This document shows, one piece after another, positions 37,976-52,457 of a stretch of 64,000 bases of DNA (within the stretch, counting starts at the first letter, position 1; each line of letters starts with the position of its first letter). A model generated the notes under the pieces. That model saw only the letters and a program-made list of their open reading frames with translations. It was not told where the DNA came from and searched no databases. Position numbers and translations under genes: made by a program. The DNA is from Marsupella aquatica (taxonomy: Eukaryota; Plantae; Marchantiophyta): NCBI GenBank assembly GCA_973895155.1, contig OZ316891.1, forward strand, positions 9,549,875 to 9,613,874. The letters run 5' to 3'.

Positions 37976-37983
37976 GAATATGC
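37976..37983. promoter_or_regulatory. P1BS (PHR1-binding, GNATATNC) upstream of PHT1 copy 1
   Basis: GAATATGC. The equivalent position in copy 2 is GAATATCC. Confidence 0.55.
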
Positions 37984-38950
37984 TTAGCACTTAACGATAC
38001 TGGCGCGCGACAATATTGATCAAGATCGAGGAAGCTTTCAACCCCTACTGTATACACAGTGGACAGGAAGCTCAAACATTGACTCAGGTGTGATACAGGG
38101 ACGGATCGACCAAGGCATTACATATAATCGATTTTCAAGGCAGCTGTCACCTGTTATCAATACATGACTGTACGACGGACAGAATTGTCAACAAGCCTGC
38201 AGTACACTGCAAGATTGTCGGCCAATTATGCAGCTGAAGCTTGGTTTTTCTTTGTATATTTGGCTTTTGTTGTTCCTCACTCCTCACGTTGATGATAATT
38301 GTTTCAGAAAACGGCAAAATGACGGCACATACACTTAGACCCATGCAAAGGCACCTCACATGCAACAATTAAGCGAAGGAGTATTCTCAGTGGATTCTGG
38401 TGGGACAACATTTCGTTGGACACAATTATGATGTAGGGGTACGAAATGAACATGGGGACCTTGAAGATATGTGCTCGAGCTAACTTCGATGATACGCCAC
38501 AACCAGAGCCTAAACAATACGGCATTGCTCCAATTGCTCTGTTGAAGAGTGTATATATGTACAACTATGTAGATCGATACAACACACACGATCAGAAAAT
38601 TCCATAACATGATATAACGGTTACATCAATTGCTTGCAGGTTCTCGATTTTAAATCTAACAGCTGCAGCCTCCCGATGCTTTCAAATGAATCAACTAACA
38701 ACGGGAATTCCCGTTTATAAATGAAGTTTTGGGAGGTGAAACTCGGTGTATATTGAGCTTGGAACTGTGGCTTGTGTTGACACCGTACCTGATAATGCTC
38801 GTAGAATCGTTGCAAATGAGATCGAGTCTGTCTACACGTACAAGATTCAAATTTATTAATCTTATCCTGATCAAGATGATTCAGACTTGAGATCGAGCTT
38901 GTACGTGTCATGCATCATATTTATCGCAAATAGATCTCTTCCGATCCGAG

Positions 38951-38958
38951 GCATATCC
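38951..38958. promoter_or_regulatory. P1BS conserved in all three PHT1 upstream regions (copy 1)
   Basis: GCATATCC, also present at 45330 and 55757. Confidence 0.6.
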
Positions 38959-41900
38959 ATCCGACCGAGTAACAATCACTCTAACCTAGTACTCGAGCAT
39001 CAATGTCGAATCCAATGACTGGTTTTAAGCAACTTTTGTTTTTATCCTACTGCAACTTATTAAAACGCAGCTTGTACAAGAAATCAATGATGGTGTGATC
39101 TTTTTAGAGATGGACTAACTTATAGCTCAAGATCAGTTACTTCTGACCGTCCAGTTCTCACAGATCGTTTACTGCCGAAGCTTCGGTCAATGGATTGCAA
39201 GCACTAACCTTTTCAGCATGCACTCCACGGAGTAGAATCTGGACGTTCTGGAACTTACTGACAATGATTACAGGACTCCCTTGTTCTGTCTTTTAACCTG
39301 CTGTTGAATTCGGAGCTTTTGACATGCGGATCGGTGGCTAGCTCGTCAAAATGTTTGTCTGAGAGTGCTATTCAAGGGCTTGTTGAATGTGAGTCAACTG
39401 CTGCAAAATCCGAGGATGAGCGAAATCAGGATACACATGAAGCTCAGTTTAATTCCATTGAAGCAATGCTGCAACAAGAGAACTTCAGTTGTCAATTCAG
39501 CTGGCTGGAAAAATTTTCATTTCGTCATATTATGGTGTGTTTCGTCACATTATGGTGTGAGCTACACCTGCTGCTCAATCCGGAGCTAAAGACGCGGTTG
39601 AGTATCAAAACGGTCTCCGTGGTCTGTCTAGTCCGGAAGATGCCAGAAGGGCCCGGTCAACAATTTTTCATGAAGTTTTCAACTAGTTCTGGTATTTGAA
39701 TGGACGACACATGGTAGAGCAATCTGTCACCAGAGCAACTTTCTCTCCCACACAAGAAAAGCAAATAAATCCTGGGATGCATCAGAAAACCAATTTTTCG
39801 GGGACTTTGACATAGTTGTCAGGTGGAGACCTATATTGGTGGACATAACAGTAAACAATTCTGGCAATTGCAACTGAATATAGATCCCTCTATGCAACAA
39901 ATAAAGGAATGGACAGAAAAAGAACGAGTGACACAGATGGAGAGGCCCCGACCTGGTCTCACCACCTTGAAGGAACCTCTCCTGAGCAAGAGCGGCCAAA
40001 TTCCTACTGTACGTAAGACAGAGGAGGGCAGGAAGCAAGGGCAATTGCACTTCAAAATATTGCTCTTGCGTAGCTAAACGAAAAGAACAGAATCTCTCTC
40101 TCAATTTGGAATGTCCATGACCACCGTAGTAGTACCGCAGTGAAATGTTTGCATCTAATGCGGGGAATCGTTGGAATAAAAATAAGGTGATCCGTTCCAT
40201 ACTTTTGCACTTCCAATCTTTTGAATCCGTGGATTAAAATAAGGTGGATTAGCCGCACGAATCTGGTGAATAATTGGATTAAAATAAGGTAGATCCGCCC
40301 CATTCTATAGATTGGTCCCATGAAAATTTCTGCACTTTGAAAACACTGTTCACACATTAGCCCAGTACACAGAGGACCTTGGTAAAGACAGAAATGTGCA
40401 GAAGATGTCATTGGACTTTAATATACGGAATTGCATATTATCTAAAGGGGAAGTGAGCTAAATTCCGCCATAACAAGGCACTTTGAAGCATGTTTACTCT
40501 GCTTGAATGTAAGGTACGAACCTATTCATCTTGATTAATTACTGAATTGTTCTGCTCAGCTGGTATAAAATTCTGAGCTCTAGATTAACTACTTGCCTGC
40601 TCTACCCAGCTGGCATAGAATTCTGAGCTGTCTGTCTAACCCTAGCTATTGGGTTCCACCAGAATGGACAGGGGTCGCTGCTGGAACTAGACATTTAAGC
40701 GCTTTCATCTCATTCTAAGTCCTATTGCTCTTTAACAACTCCGTATGCAACGTTGTGTGTTGTTGTGCTGCATTAAATTGAGCAGGTGGATGTGCTCCTA
40801 CTTTGCCTTCTTTTCATGTATCCTTCAAACCCGCCTTGAAATCCTGTACTTCTCTTCTTTTCTTGAGCTGCAAGGAGCCCCCTCGCAACTTGCCTATCAG
40901 CTAATGCTTGGGTCCTTTGCGTGTCCTTCGTTTGGATATTAATCTGCTGCCTGTACAATCTCTTCATTGTAATGTTGTCCTGGTCGCCATGTTACTTTTG
41001 AATGTAGTTAGTGATGGAGTTGGCATTGCTCTCGTGTTAACCCGAGGTGAACCCGAGGCCTATCAGGTGCAGCCTGTTAGCGGGCCTGTTGATGGTTCAG
41101 GGGATTCAGTTGGTGCTAGTATCCCCTGCAATTCTGATTCCATCGTGCCTGGTGTGTTTGTATTGCTACAGGGCCGTATGTTGCTCAGTAGCTCTCTACT
41201 TTCTTTGGTGCCCTCCGTCTGCATCAGTCACACCTTTGTTGGTCTCCCAACCTGATTATCCCCCTTCTCACAACATCGGCGTCATTCTTGGCAGTTTACA
41301 GATTGACCTGCAATTCTCCACACTTGATTGGAACGATAAGCGTGATCTGGCAAGTGGTCTTCTTGGACACATGCAGCATAGCGAAATTCTCTGGAATCTC
41401 AAGGTCATCCACGATTTTTGTTTCTCTCGACATAGCTTCTTGTTCTCACATGGAATGACCAGTACTGGATGGCCTGGAGGTCGAGGTGGAGCACCTTTCA
41501 ACATAGATTCTGCTGGTGGAGACTGTGAGTCAAACACTATTTCTGGCCGTAGCATAAGTCGAGAAGAAATTTGTGCAGCCGCTGAGAGAATGTACGTCTT
41601 GTCTGCCCTCCATCATACTCTCCACAAATCCTCTGCACTCCTCCTGAACACTAACGAGAAATCTGACGGGGAAGTAGCTATTCAAATCTAGTCTTGCAAT
41701 GTTGCAAATTCATGGCGTCGATATGAACTGTGTGTGGTGTCTTGTTTGCAAAGTAGTGGAGGCGTTCAAAACGGCCTAGTCCGTAGTCCGTTCGAACTAA
41801 ATCTGGTGGCAGGGTGACACTCATGATGTGTGGTGGGTGGGTCTTGTGACCCGTCCCAACCTGACAAGATTTTTTGGTCCTGGCCGCTGACGAATATCCC

Positions 41901-42063
41901 CGTCATGGCTGCTCGGAAATTATCGGGAAAGTAGAGGTTTGAGACGCCCTAGCTAGTAATGCTCATATGGATGTCATGCATACTTATGTACAAGAACAAG
42001 CTAACCATAAGAGGAAGTACAATTTATTTCTATCGATCAAAGGAAGCACCACTACCAGGTAGA

Positions 42064-43761
42064 TTATGCGAACGAACGGCTATTCTCCGCAGCCTTCTGG
42101 TCGATGTCTGCATATGCCATACCATCGCCATTCTCACCAGAAAGGTCTTCCAGTGACCGTCCTTTCGTTTCAGGAATGAAAATGGCGGTGAACACGAATC
42201 CCAGGGTGGTGCATATTGCGAGAAGTAGAAAACTGTACTCGAATCCAATACCCTTAGGATAACCGGGGTCTGTTGAACCCCCGTGCGAGTCGTCCTGGCT
42301 CGCGTACAGGAAACCGAAGGTTCCAACGATGGATCCCGCCTTTCCTGCGGCGGACGAAATTCCGTGGCAAGTGGAGCGCAGCCTGGCGGGGAAGAGCTCG
42401 GCGGGCACGATGAAGGTGGTGGCATTTGGGCCGAAATTGGAGAAGAAGAAAGTGAGTCCGTAGATGATGATGAAAGCCAGAGCGTTTCCGTTCCTATACC
42501 CGGTTGGATACGCGGCTAAATCTGAAACCTGATATCCCCTCAACTTGTAGAAATCGAATGCCAGAATGTACATGAACACGCTCATCATGAAGAATCCCAT
42601 CAGCTGGATTGGCTTACGACCAACCCTGTCGATCAAAAAAACTGTGAACCAATACCCAGGCGCGGTACCCGCCAATGTAATGAAAGCCTGCGAGCGCGCA
42701 ATTTTAAAGGTTTCCTCCAGAGCGCTCATGCTTTTCGCCGGATAAACCCATCCGGACGCTTGGAACATTCTGGGCTGGAACAGACTCTGACTGTAAAAGG
42801 ATACATCCAGCAGGAACCATGTCGTGCAAGTTCCGATTAACTCCATCCCGTGACGGCTAACAAATTCGTTGGTGAACAAGCCGAAATCTGAGTTGTAGGT
42901 CGTCGCCGCCTTGGCAACTTCAGCGGTGTCGAACTTCGTGTGGAGAACTCTTTCCATATCGACGACTGCTTGCTCCTGATTTTTCACGATCAAGGCAGTA
43001 TAGCGAGGAGTTTCGGGCATCTGAGATCTATAATAGAAGGTCAAGGCAGCAGGGACTGCTCCGAGCATGAGTACTATCCGCCACACCCAATCCGCGTATC
43101 GCGCAAGAGAAGGATCGTTGTCTCCTGTATGGTTCGCGGCACTGAAAGGTGGACGAGGATCAGAGTTGTTGAATATGGCAGTAACACTGATAGTCACAGC
43201 AGCTGCTGTGAGATATCCAATTCCTTGCATCGCAAATACCGCAGCGACAAACGCCCCTCGCGTCTGGGTGTTCGAGTACTCCGACATGATGGTCGCAGAC
43301 AGGGGGTAGTCTCCTCCAATGCCAAACCCGAGCCAGAACCGGAAGAAGCAGAGGGTGGTGATCACGGCGGTCGGTGAAGTACCAATTGATAGACCTTGGC
43401 CAAGCGAAGCAACGATCATGAGCGCCAGTGTGATTCCGTAAGCCCTCTTTCGCCCCCATCTGTCTCCGGCCCAACCGAAGAAGAGCTGGCCGAAGAGAGT
43501 CCCACAGAGAGCCACTCCAAGAACACCAGCAAGCGGAACGGGAGGAAGAGTTCCCGGCCTAAGCTTAGAGGGATCGAGAGAGGCATGGGGATCATAATAG
43601 TAGATGCGACCGAGCAGCCTCTGCACGCATGATATTGCAAACAGATCATAAGCATCAGTGAAAAATCCCATGCCCGCGATCAGCACTGCCTTGAAATGGT
43701 ACGCTTGCGTCTTCGCTTTGTCCAATGCTTTGAGCACTGGGTTCCCCCCTACGCTCGCCAT
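42064..43761 (-). CDS. PHT1: PHT1-family phosphate transporter, copy 2
   Basis: Same motifs as copy 1, including [16 protein letters not shown] at 43761. Confidence 0.97.
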   Translation of the reverse strand: MASVGGNPVLKALDKAKTQAYHFKAVLIAGMGFFTDAYDLFAISCVQRLLGRIYYYDPHASLDPSKLRPGTLPPVPLAGVLGVALCGTLFGQLFFGWAGDRWGRKRAYGITLALMIVASLGQGLSIGTSPTAVITTLCFFRFWLGFGIGGDYPLSATIMSEYSNTQTRGAFVAAVFAMQGIGYLTAAAVTISVTAIFNNSDPRPPFSAANHTGDNDPSLARYADWVWRIVLMLGAVPAALTFYYRSQMPETPRYTALIVKNQEQAVVDMERVLHTKFDTAEVAKAATTYNSDFGLFTNEFVSRHGMELIGTCTTWFLLDVSFYSQSLFQPRMFQASGWVYPAKSMSALEETFKIARSQAFITLAGTAPGYWFTVFLIDRVGRKPIQLMGFFMMSVFMYILAFDFYKLRGYQVSDLAAYPTGYRNGNALAFIIIYGLTFFFSNFGPNATTFIVPAELFPARLRSTCHGISSAAGKAGSIVGTFGFLYASQDDSHGGSTDPGYPKGIGFEYSFLLLAICTTLGFVFTAIFIPETKGRSLEDLSGENGDGMAYADIDQKAAENSRSFA

Positions 43762-44081
43762 CTCCACGTACGTGCCGGACTAGCCAAATCTACGACCGGC
43801 TGGTCAGAAATTAAGGAGAAGACAATTCGGGGATGATGGCCGTCTAATTCCACCAACAAACTAACCAATCGGGCAGTCCTCGGGCGATCGTGGGGATCCA
43901 ATTTGGGCCTGCTGGCAATATGGAAGTAAGACCCTGCGGGGACTTATGTATCGGGCACACTAGCCCGTCCGTGATGATGTCCAGCAATTCGTTTTGAAAG
44001 CCTCTCTACTCGGGGACCGTGAGAAAACGGCAAAACAGTTTGAGCTAATTGAGTCAATTTGTCTTTCCTAGTCAACTGCTA

Positions 44082-45337
44082 GTATATCCAATTCTTGCCC
44101 TCAGCTGATACCACGTAATCCTTCATCGAAAGCGGGCGATGACACTGATGTTGTTGATACTTGGTACCGGATCTGTGCAAAGCATATATTGGAAGGATTC
44201 GCCGTGTCTGGGAATTTTTCAAGAAAAAGTGTTCTGTCTGCATATCTATGCACATGTAAGTTGTCTAGAAATCCAGAGTGACAACGAGTGACGTACATAA
44301 TTGAAATGGAACACGGAAGCTTAGTAAAAAAGGTCAGTAAGATTATCATCGAGCGATCAATGCTCATAGAATATCCTCGCCACTTGAGGATATTCTAACT
44401 AAGAGCATTGATACTGGCAACTATTCTGATCAAAATCGAGGAAGCTTTCAACCCCTGATGTACACAGTGGGCAGGAAGCTCAAACACTGACTGTGGTCTG
44501 ATACCTGGACGGATCGACCAGAGTCGTCAACAAGGCATATGTAATGGATCTTCGAGGCAGCTGTCACCTGTGATCAATACATGTACGACGCACAAGTGTC
44601 AACAAGCCTTCAGGACACTGCAAGAGTTTTGGCCAATGATGCAGCTGAAGCTTGGTTTTGCTTGTTGTAATTGGATTTTGTTAGAAGTTAGTGTATATGC
44701 TCCAAGGATGCCGTGTTCTCATGCAAAGGCACCTCACAACAATGAAGCGAAGGGGTACTCAGCCAATTCTGCTGGGACAAAATTTCGTTCGACACAATCA
44801 TAAATGATGCAGGGCTACGTACGTACGACGGACCCATCATGGGGACCTTGAAGATGTATGTTCGTGATACCCTCGATCATACGCCATCGGAGCGCAAACA
44901 ATATGGCCTTGATATCATGCTGAATTGCTAATTGAAGTCAGAGTGTACGTACAACTATGTAGTTAGTGATCAGAAAATTCCATAACATGATATAAAGGTC
45001 ACATGGCTTGCAGATTCTCAATTTCAATTCTAATAGCTGCGCGCGGCCTCCTAAATGAATCAATTTACGGAAGCCTTCCCCGCTGATAAATGGAGTTTGG
45101 GAGGATTGGTGGGTGTATTTTGAGCTGTAGACTGTCGTTAGTTGACTCGGTCCATCGTACATGATAATGATCGTAGAATCGCTGCAAATGAGATCGATCA
45201 AGTCTTTATACACGTTCAACATTCACAATTATAATTATTATTATCGTGATCAAGATGAATCAGACTTGAGGTTGAGCTTGTACGAGTCATGCATGTCTGA
45301 GATTAATTGCAAATCTCTTCAAATCCGTAGCATATCC
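44082..45337. promoter_or_regulatory. Cluster of five P1BS motifs upstream of PHT1 copy 2 (44082, 44369, 44388, 44693, 45330)
   Basis: GTATATCC, GAATATCC, GGATATTC, GTATATGC and GCATATCC all match GNATATNC. Confidence 0.65.
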
Positions 45338-47631
45338 ATCCGAGAGAGTAAGAAGCACTCTAACGTACGTACTGTCTTAGTAATCGAGCATCAATGTCGA
45401 ATCCAGTTACAGGTTTAAGCAACTTTTGTTTTATCCTGGTGCAGTTTCAAATGTAGCTTGTAGAAGAAATCATGCTGAGTGTGATCATTTATGAGATGGA
45501 CTAACTTGACGAGTCACTTCGATCTGTCGGATTAGACATAAGGTTAATTCGCCCTATTCCATAGTTCAGTCCCGTAAACGTGCACTTTGAATCTGGTGCA
45601 TCCTTGGATAAAAAATAAGGTAAATTCGCCCCTTAATTTCATGATTGTTCAGTCTCATTCGCCCCATTTTATCATTGTTCAGTCTCATGCAGATTGGGAA
45701 CAAGTTAGTCCACGATAATGTGAAAGCCCCATATAGCAGGATCGATACTTTTCAATTAAGTATCCTAAACGAATGTAATGGCTAGACGGTAGTCTAGATC
45801 GAGTCACTATAAAACTAAGCAATTATCATGAAGAGAAAGAATTGTCAGCTATAAGAAGCTGACTTCGTGATGAAAGAATGGGCCTTTCAGACTCTCATTG
45901 ACTCGTCCGATGGCTTGAAGCAAGGCACAACCGGGGCCATAACAAATTAAATGTTAGCAGCAAGGGTCTCGCAGTACCGTCTCTTCATACTCAGACGTCC
46001 ATCTTCACAAGGGAACCATGGAATACTATTCATGTATTTCAAAGCAAATCACGTAGGTTTCAGTGCTGAAAATCTCTCCAAGAGAGATGGTGCGCGAAAG
46101 TTCCTGAGGGGACCGGGTCTGAAAGGCTCTCATGAAAAGTACACAGTCCGAAGTTATATTAACATATATGGTATACAACATTTTTTCATACCATGATAAA
46201 TCTTATTATTATTTTTAAATAAATGAGTGCAAACAGTATATCATGATAAATCTTATTATTTTATTTAAATCAATAAGTTATCACATTTTGATGTATGGTT
46301 ACCAACAGGGGTAAATTTGTCTACATGGAAGCACTCTGACCTGCTGTAATGATGGAGGTCATCCTTGTGATGACCCTCTTGAAAAACTTAATATCTTGGA
46401 TGTCAAATGAAACTTTACATATTAAGTTCGTTACTGAGAGGAGTGACATTGGAGATTGCTTTGTTGGTGTTGTTGCCAGAGTTGGGGTCTAGGTTTTTAG
46501 AGTGAAAACTCTAGGTCTACCCTAACCCCTAGGGCCCCACCAAATTTAGTTCTATGAAAAAAATTTATGTATGACTGTCAAAATGACAAGCAAACATTAT
46601 GATTTTTGTTCACATTCAAAAAATGAGAGTTTAGGCTCATTCATACACATCTGACCTTGGCATCCTCACTTATTTCTTTTCTACCCATCACTCAAAAAAA
46701 TTTAACTATTGAATTTCTATAGAAGACCATTAGGGTCTAACTTTTAAATCCAATCTTAAGAAAATTGGGTTTTTGATGTCTTTTTGGAATATTTTATATA
46801 AAGTTACAAATAGCTTTTACATGCTTTATTTCTTAATATTTTTAGGGTGCATGCTTAATATCTAAAACGTCAAGCCTGATTTAAGACCCCTTTAGATTGA
46901 CGCCCCCGAGGATCTGGCTGATCCAAGTATCAGATACGTACTCCGGCTTGACCAAATGTGTAATACTGATTGAATTTGTCGATGCAAGTGGGTGGCAGTA
47001 ACCATGCTCAGTGAGTGCCTCGAATCAGTAAGAGAATCTCAATTGGTGGCAAATTAGTGAGTCTCATAACCTCTTGATCAGACCAGTCAGAATGGTTAAG
47101 TTCATTGCAAAGCTTGAACAGCTTGTTGAAAAGACTTGTCTGATGTAACTACAACCACTGTCAGCTATGACCATCAAATATAAGGCCTCAACTTTGCTAC
47201 AGAGAGTGGTAACCAGTAAGACACAATCACCTAGACAATCAATTACACACTATTGCATGGGCTCCAAATTAGCTCTTGTGTTCTGGAAAAGCTGCTAGGC
47301 AACGTGTTTATAAGTTCATTACTTTGCAACTCAAAACCTTAACTCAAAACCTTTCGTATGTAACATTGAAATGCTGAAGGCTATCATGTAAGCTGTCCTT
47401 AAAATAACATCATGCTCTGAAATTGATTTCAAGATCATGCTTGTCATAAAGCAAGCAATTGGAAATGACAAATTACGTTCCATTTCACTACTACCATCAA
47501 TTATATCAATGCTCTAACTAGAAAGTTCATTACCCCATATATACCTAACTTATGGATATATGGTGTACCTCTCTTTGGACTAAAGTACCAATTTGTGTTT
47601 GGAAAATACCCTTAACTCGGCCTGTGCCGGT

Positions 47632-47822
47632 GAGGCACTTGCTTGATGGGACCCTAAAATGAAATATGTTACTTGATAGGACCCCTGATCGAGGTCTTGG
47701 GATGTCTATTCAAGGTCTATCAAGCTAGGTCAATCAACGATCTGGATCACCAGGGGTCCTATATATCAAACTAATAATACTTTTCATTTTGGGGTCCCAT
47801 CGATCAAACAAGCAAATACCTC
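47632..47822. mobile_element. Small MITE-like foldback (~190 bp)
   Basis: GAGGCACTTGCTTGATGGGACCCTAAAATGAAA...ATAGGACCCCTG is mirrored by CAGGGGTCCTAT...TTTCATTTTGGGGTCCCATC...AAGCAAATACCTC. Confidence 0.6.
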
Positions 47823-48553
47823 CTCGGCCTGTTGTTTATCTATACTTCTTTAATTTACATGAGCTTTTACACTGTCCCTGTAGGTATCCAAGTATATCTT
47901 CCATATTTAAATCCCGATCCCAATATGTCTCCATTATCTCCAAGGCATATTAATTCTGCTAATTGCCAAGTCTGTTAAACTTGGTGGCTACTAGTAAATT
48001 AATTTGGGAATTCATATTGGTTTGGTTAACATTTGTGCTTAGTTAGCTTCTACCAAGACATTAGCTTGACCGGGGGGGGGGGGGGGTGCCTACGCAATGC
48101 CGCCAAAGAGTTCTTTTGTCTGCTTACAAAATTGGAAATAGAGAGAACCAACCTAAGCCCCAACCTGAGAGTCGACACGGAACTCGACTACCTTAACATT
48201 TAGCTCCGGCGTCGCTGACTCCGACGCCGAGCTCCCTTATGGTCCAGGCCCGGAATGACCATCCGGGGAGGACTTGGCATGGGGAGACTTGTGGGCAATG
48301 GGGCGTGGCACCGGCGAAGCAAGCGCTAAGCTGGTGACATACACTAAGGACTGAGACTACCTAGCCGAGGGCTGGTCGGGTCAAGCGGAAAGGGTCGGGC
48401 TCAAGATCTACTGTCCGGACCCCCGGACGGACTTTGAGTTGTGAGGACTTGAGTAAGAGCTCCTCTTGGGCCCAAGGCCAATGGAGTTCATTCCATGGGC
48501 AACGGACACTTGGGGCACAAGTTATGGCCCGATCCGGGTTTGGCCAATCGGGG

Positions 48554-48804
48554 TCCCAGGCGATGATGGGATCTGAGGGCCTAGGCATGAGCACTGAGTC
48601 AGCCCAATCACAATGGGCTAAGGCACTCCGCTTACGGACGCCTAACTAGAAAGTTATGGGCATCACTAGTTGGTGCCACGCTCCCAGGCGACGATGGGAT
48701 CTTAGGGCCTAGGCATGAGCACTGAGTCAGCCCAATCACAATGGGCTAAGGCACTCCGCTTACGGACGCCTAACTAGAAAGTTATGGGCATCGCCAGTTG
48801 GTGC
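48554..48804. repeat. Tandem duplication, 128-bp period, inside a GC-rich probable retroelement relic
   Basis: TCCCAGGCGA.GATGGGATCT.AGGGCCTAGGCATGAGCACTGAG...AGTTGGTGC starts at 48554 and at 48682. Confidence 0.88.
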
Positions 48805-50942
48805 TGCGCCCAGACGTGCGGGTTGAGGTCCAGGGGCCAAAATTTGGGGACCAAAGTAGATCTTGGGATGGCAGGTCTCCAGAAGCATATATGAGGGGAG
48901 TACTGGTGTCTCCCTGGGGGCTAAGGGCGAGCCGAAGTCGTGACCCACGGCGGTGGCGACACTAAGGGAAACGTCAAACGAAAACGGTGATAAGTCCGTT
49001 AAATAGAAAGAGGTCCCAATCACAGGGGGGTTAGGGAGCAGCTTTGGCTTCGTATGGGAGGGACCGCAGACGGTGCGAAAGGCATCAGTTTGTTTGCTCA
49101 AGGTATTCCATGGAGGCGGTCGAGCACCAAGGGCGTTGGGTGACTAGGTCCACCACTCTGAGCCATCATTCAGAGTTTTTTAAACTACATACACTTGGAT
49201 TGACTGACCAGGAGAGTCAAAGGATATACTTCTTCTTATAGCAGAATATATACATAGTACATGTCAAGATGATTCTCATGTGACTTCACCTAAAATGTGT
49301 CTTAATTTTTCTTCTATTAAAGTACACTCATTGGAAGGAGAATCATTTAGGGCACGGTAAACTTTTTGGATTTTTGCATAGTATAATTATAAGACTTTAG
49401 AATTGAACGAAGCAAATGGGTTAATTTTGCTTTGAAGTCCCTCTTTATCTCTTCTCTTTATTTAAATTTCCATTTTTTCTGTTTATTTAATGGTGCCAAA
49501 GGTAAGAAGAGGGGGAGAAATGGAGTGGCAAGGAAGTGAGGAAATAGAAGAAAGGGGGAGAGAAAAATTAAAATGCTTTCCTCCCAATTGCATGGTGCAA
49601 GGCATTGTGCAACCACACCTTGACCCCGCAAAGCCCAGTCAAAGGAGCCATCACCTCTCTTGCACTCCCTCTCACCCTCCCACATCCTTGCTATCCTCAA
49701 CAACATAGCTTTCACAAAAATAACATCTTTTTTATTCCAAAATACAATTAAAATGCAAAAGGACGATGATTGTTTTACATTTTTGATTCATTTGATTTGT
49801 TTTAGCTTTAATTTTGTAGAAAAATGGTCCCAAATTTTGTTATTCCATCTACCTCCAACATGCTTAGTTTTGAAAAAACTTTTCAAAGAATTCTCCTTTA
49901 ATGAAGGCCAATACGATCAAGCTTCCAACATTTTTTCTCCACAAGACCCACCTTGCGCGCTTGACATGCACATCATCTCTACTAGTCTTGCTTGTGCTCT
50001 AATTCTTTCCCCCATTGGGAGCTCAGCTATTTTTCCCCAGTTGCCTCTTTTGTCCCCACTTTTTCCAACTTTTTATGATCAACAATAAAAATTTCTTGCC
50101 AGACTCTTATCCATGTATTTTCACTACCCATTTGAGCTCTATCCCATATTTATGTGTTGACTTGAATTACATAACTTCATGTGCTATTATGAACACACAT
50201 GAAATGAGTAAGAAAGAGTGCAGATCCAATATTTTCAGTTCGATTCACCTAAAACCCCAGCCCTCAATCAACACTAACTTCTTTAATTACCCCGGGCTTT
50301 ACCTAACTTGCCTCAGTGTTTTTATGGAATGTGCACTTTGACATTGGGCTTAGCAACAACATGGCCACAATAACCACAACACCCTCATGATCAACCAGAA
50401 TGATTGCATCAACATAATGACAACATGGTCGCAACAACATGTGAGATGTCTAAACAACTTTCTTGTCTCACTTGAATTTTTTTGCATAATTGTCTACATT
50501 TCTTTGAATTGGTTCAGGTGCATTTCTTTGCCTCTCCTCAACATTTTTGCTTTGCCTTGACATGGGTGTAACAACTATATGGCTGCAATGACATATAACA
50601 TGCCTTCAGGAATGTCTAGTACCTACAACGCCTATTATATTTTCAAATAAACAAAAAAGGGGGTAAAAGAAAGTAAGTAACCTTTGGATGGGTTGTGATT
50701 GATGTATCAGTGTTATTTTCCAGTAGATTAGTTTTCTATTTAATTAGCAATTTTTGGAATAACTATGGGTAGAAAGAAACTCTTTAACTAGAGTAACATT
50801 TACCAAGGTACCATAAGAAACCATTTGGTTACTATGGAAAAAGGAACACCAAGGGAACATAAGAAACCCTTGGACTACTATATATGGATAAAGGAATACC
50901 AAATGAATGTAATTATGGAACCCTTTGGATTCTATATATACC

Positions 50943-51210
50943 GGGGGTTTCATGTCCACAAAAATTATTCATCACGTGTGACGAAAGATAGGGTCATTTT
51001 ATTGGTTCAAAGGGAAGACTTTACAATTTTCTCAGAACAACAACAGGGCCTTTTAAATTCAATTTTGAAACTTATAAGAACATTAGGGTCTTTATAACTA
51101 ATTTTTGGAATATTCTTTATAGGGGTTGAAAAAAAGTTCTTACATTTTAGGGGGTCGGAGGCCTAAAAATGTCGCAGGTGATGGGGAGGCATCCATATAG
51201 TGAGACCCCC
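50943..51210. mobile_element. MITE-like dispersed repeat; a related end lies inverted at ~29860-30060
   Basis: Termini GGGGGTTTCA...TGAGACCCCC. The right part is the reverse complement of GGGGGTCTCACTATATGG...ATCACCTGCAACATTTTT.GGCCTC.AACCCCCTAAAAT at 29860. Confidence 0.5.
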
Positions 51211-52457
51211 AACCCGGGCCCCCAACTTCTATAGCATTTTGTATGGACTCTATGGACACAGGAGTTGTTGCATTCCCTTGGTACAAGGGAATGTTGTGCA
51301 TGTACTTCTTCCATGAATAATCTACTCATTTTTTCCTCTCATCTCCATATTTAAATCTATTTCAATACTCTTCATGTGTTCTGACTAGCTTATTGTTGAA
51401 TAACATCAAATGAACTTACATAACCAAGGGGTCCTACTAATTCCAATGGAGTCATGCCTTTTTTTTGTAAATTTAGATCTAGTAAGTGTTCAGGCCCCAA
51501 TTCAGGCAAAGCCTAGTACTTTGGATAAGAGCCATGATTAATAATACTAGAGCCTTGGTTTATGTTGTGGCAAACTTGGGCCGAGTGGGTAGTAGCATTG
51601 AGGACTTGGGCCAGAGTGGGTGACATCAAGTGAAGGGTGCCAGAACAGAAAGCTGAAGTTGATGACACAAAGTTGATCAGGCCGAAGCAGGTGATAAAAT
51701 CGTAGAGTCTTGGTTTATGTTTTGACAAACTTGGGCAAGAGCAAACAACAACATTGGGAACTAGCTGGGATGGCACTATACGGGGCCCAACAAAACCGGG
51801 AAGCATTAACTCAACGTAGATTTAACTTACGTGTGGTTGTGTTACACAAGTGGGTTCAACATGCAACAACCCATGTTACATTATTCTTACCATTGATGAT
51901 CAATAATATCAATAAATTGACAATTGAATATGATTTACTATCTAATTTAAATGGGTAGAGTATTAATATCTAAGTTTTTATTTGAATTTGACATCAAAGA
52001 ATGAGTATCATTCATGCATATGAACCATACATTTTCGTAGAGTTTGTCACTCTAGAGAGTATCTTCAATTGTCACATGAGTGGTAAGGCATGTTGCACAA
52101 TTGCCACCATTGATAAGTAAAATACAAGTTCAAACATGACTTAATTAATAATCAATGATATGGGATTTTCTAAGAATGTACAAATTTGCAATCTGAGTCT
52201 TTCACTTGACCAGTAACAATGTGCTCCAAATAAACAAAATTTGACCCCACTCCATTCCATCTAGGATGACAAATGGTATACAAACAAACTGTCCCCAACA
52301 TTTTGTAAATTGAAATGTAGTATGTCTTTCCAATGAATGGCCCTAAGTAAGCGCATCGATCATGGAGGCCAGAAAAGAAAAAAAACAAACTGCCACCATT
52401 AACGACGGCTTCATACCTTACCTTACTTTAGATTTAATGCCCTGCTCCTCAGTCGGT

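Noticed and set aside
39304-39699. 131-aa ORF overlapping the conserved upstream block
   Set aside because: Non-ATG start, and the paralogous copy near 56140-56270 has an in-frame stop, so it is treated as non-coding.
41047-41691. 214-aa ORF between PHT1 copies 1 and 2
   Set aside because: Non-ATG start and no recognisable domain or splice structure. Probably transposon debris.
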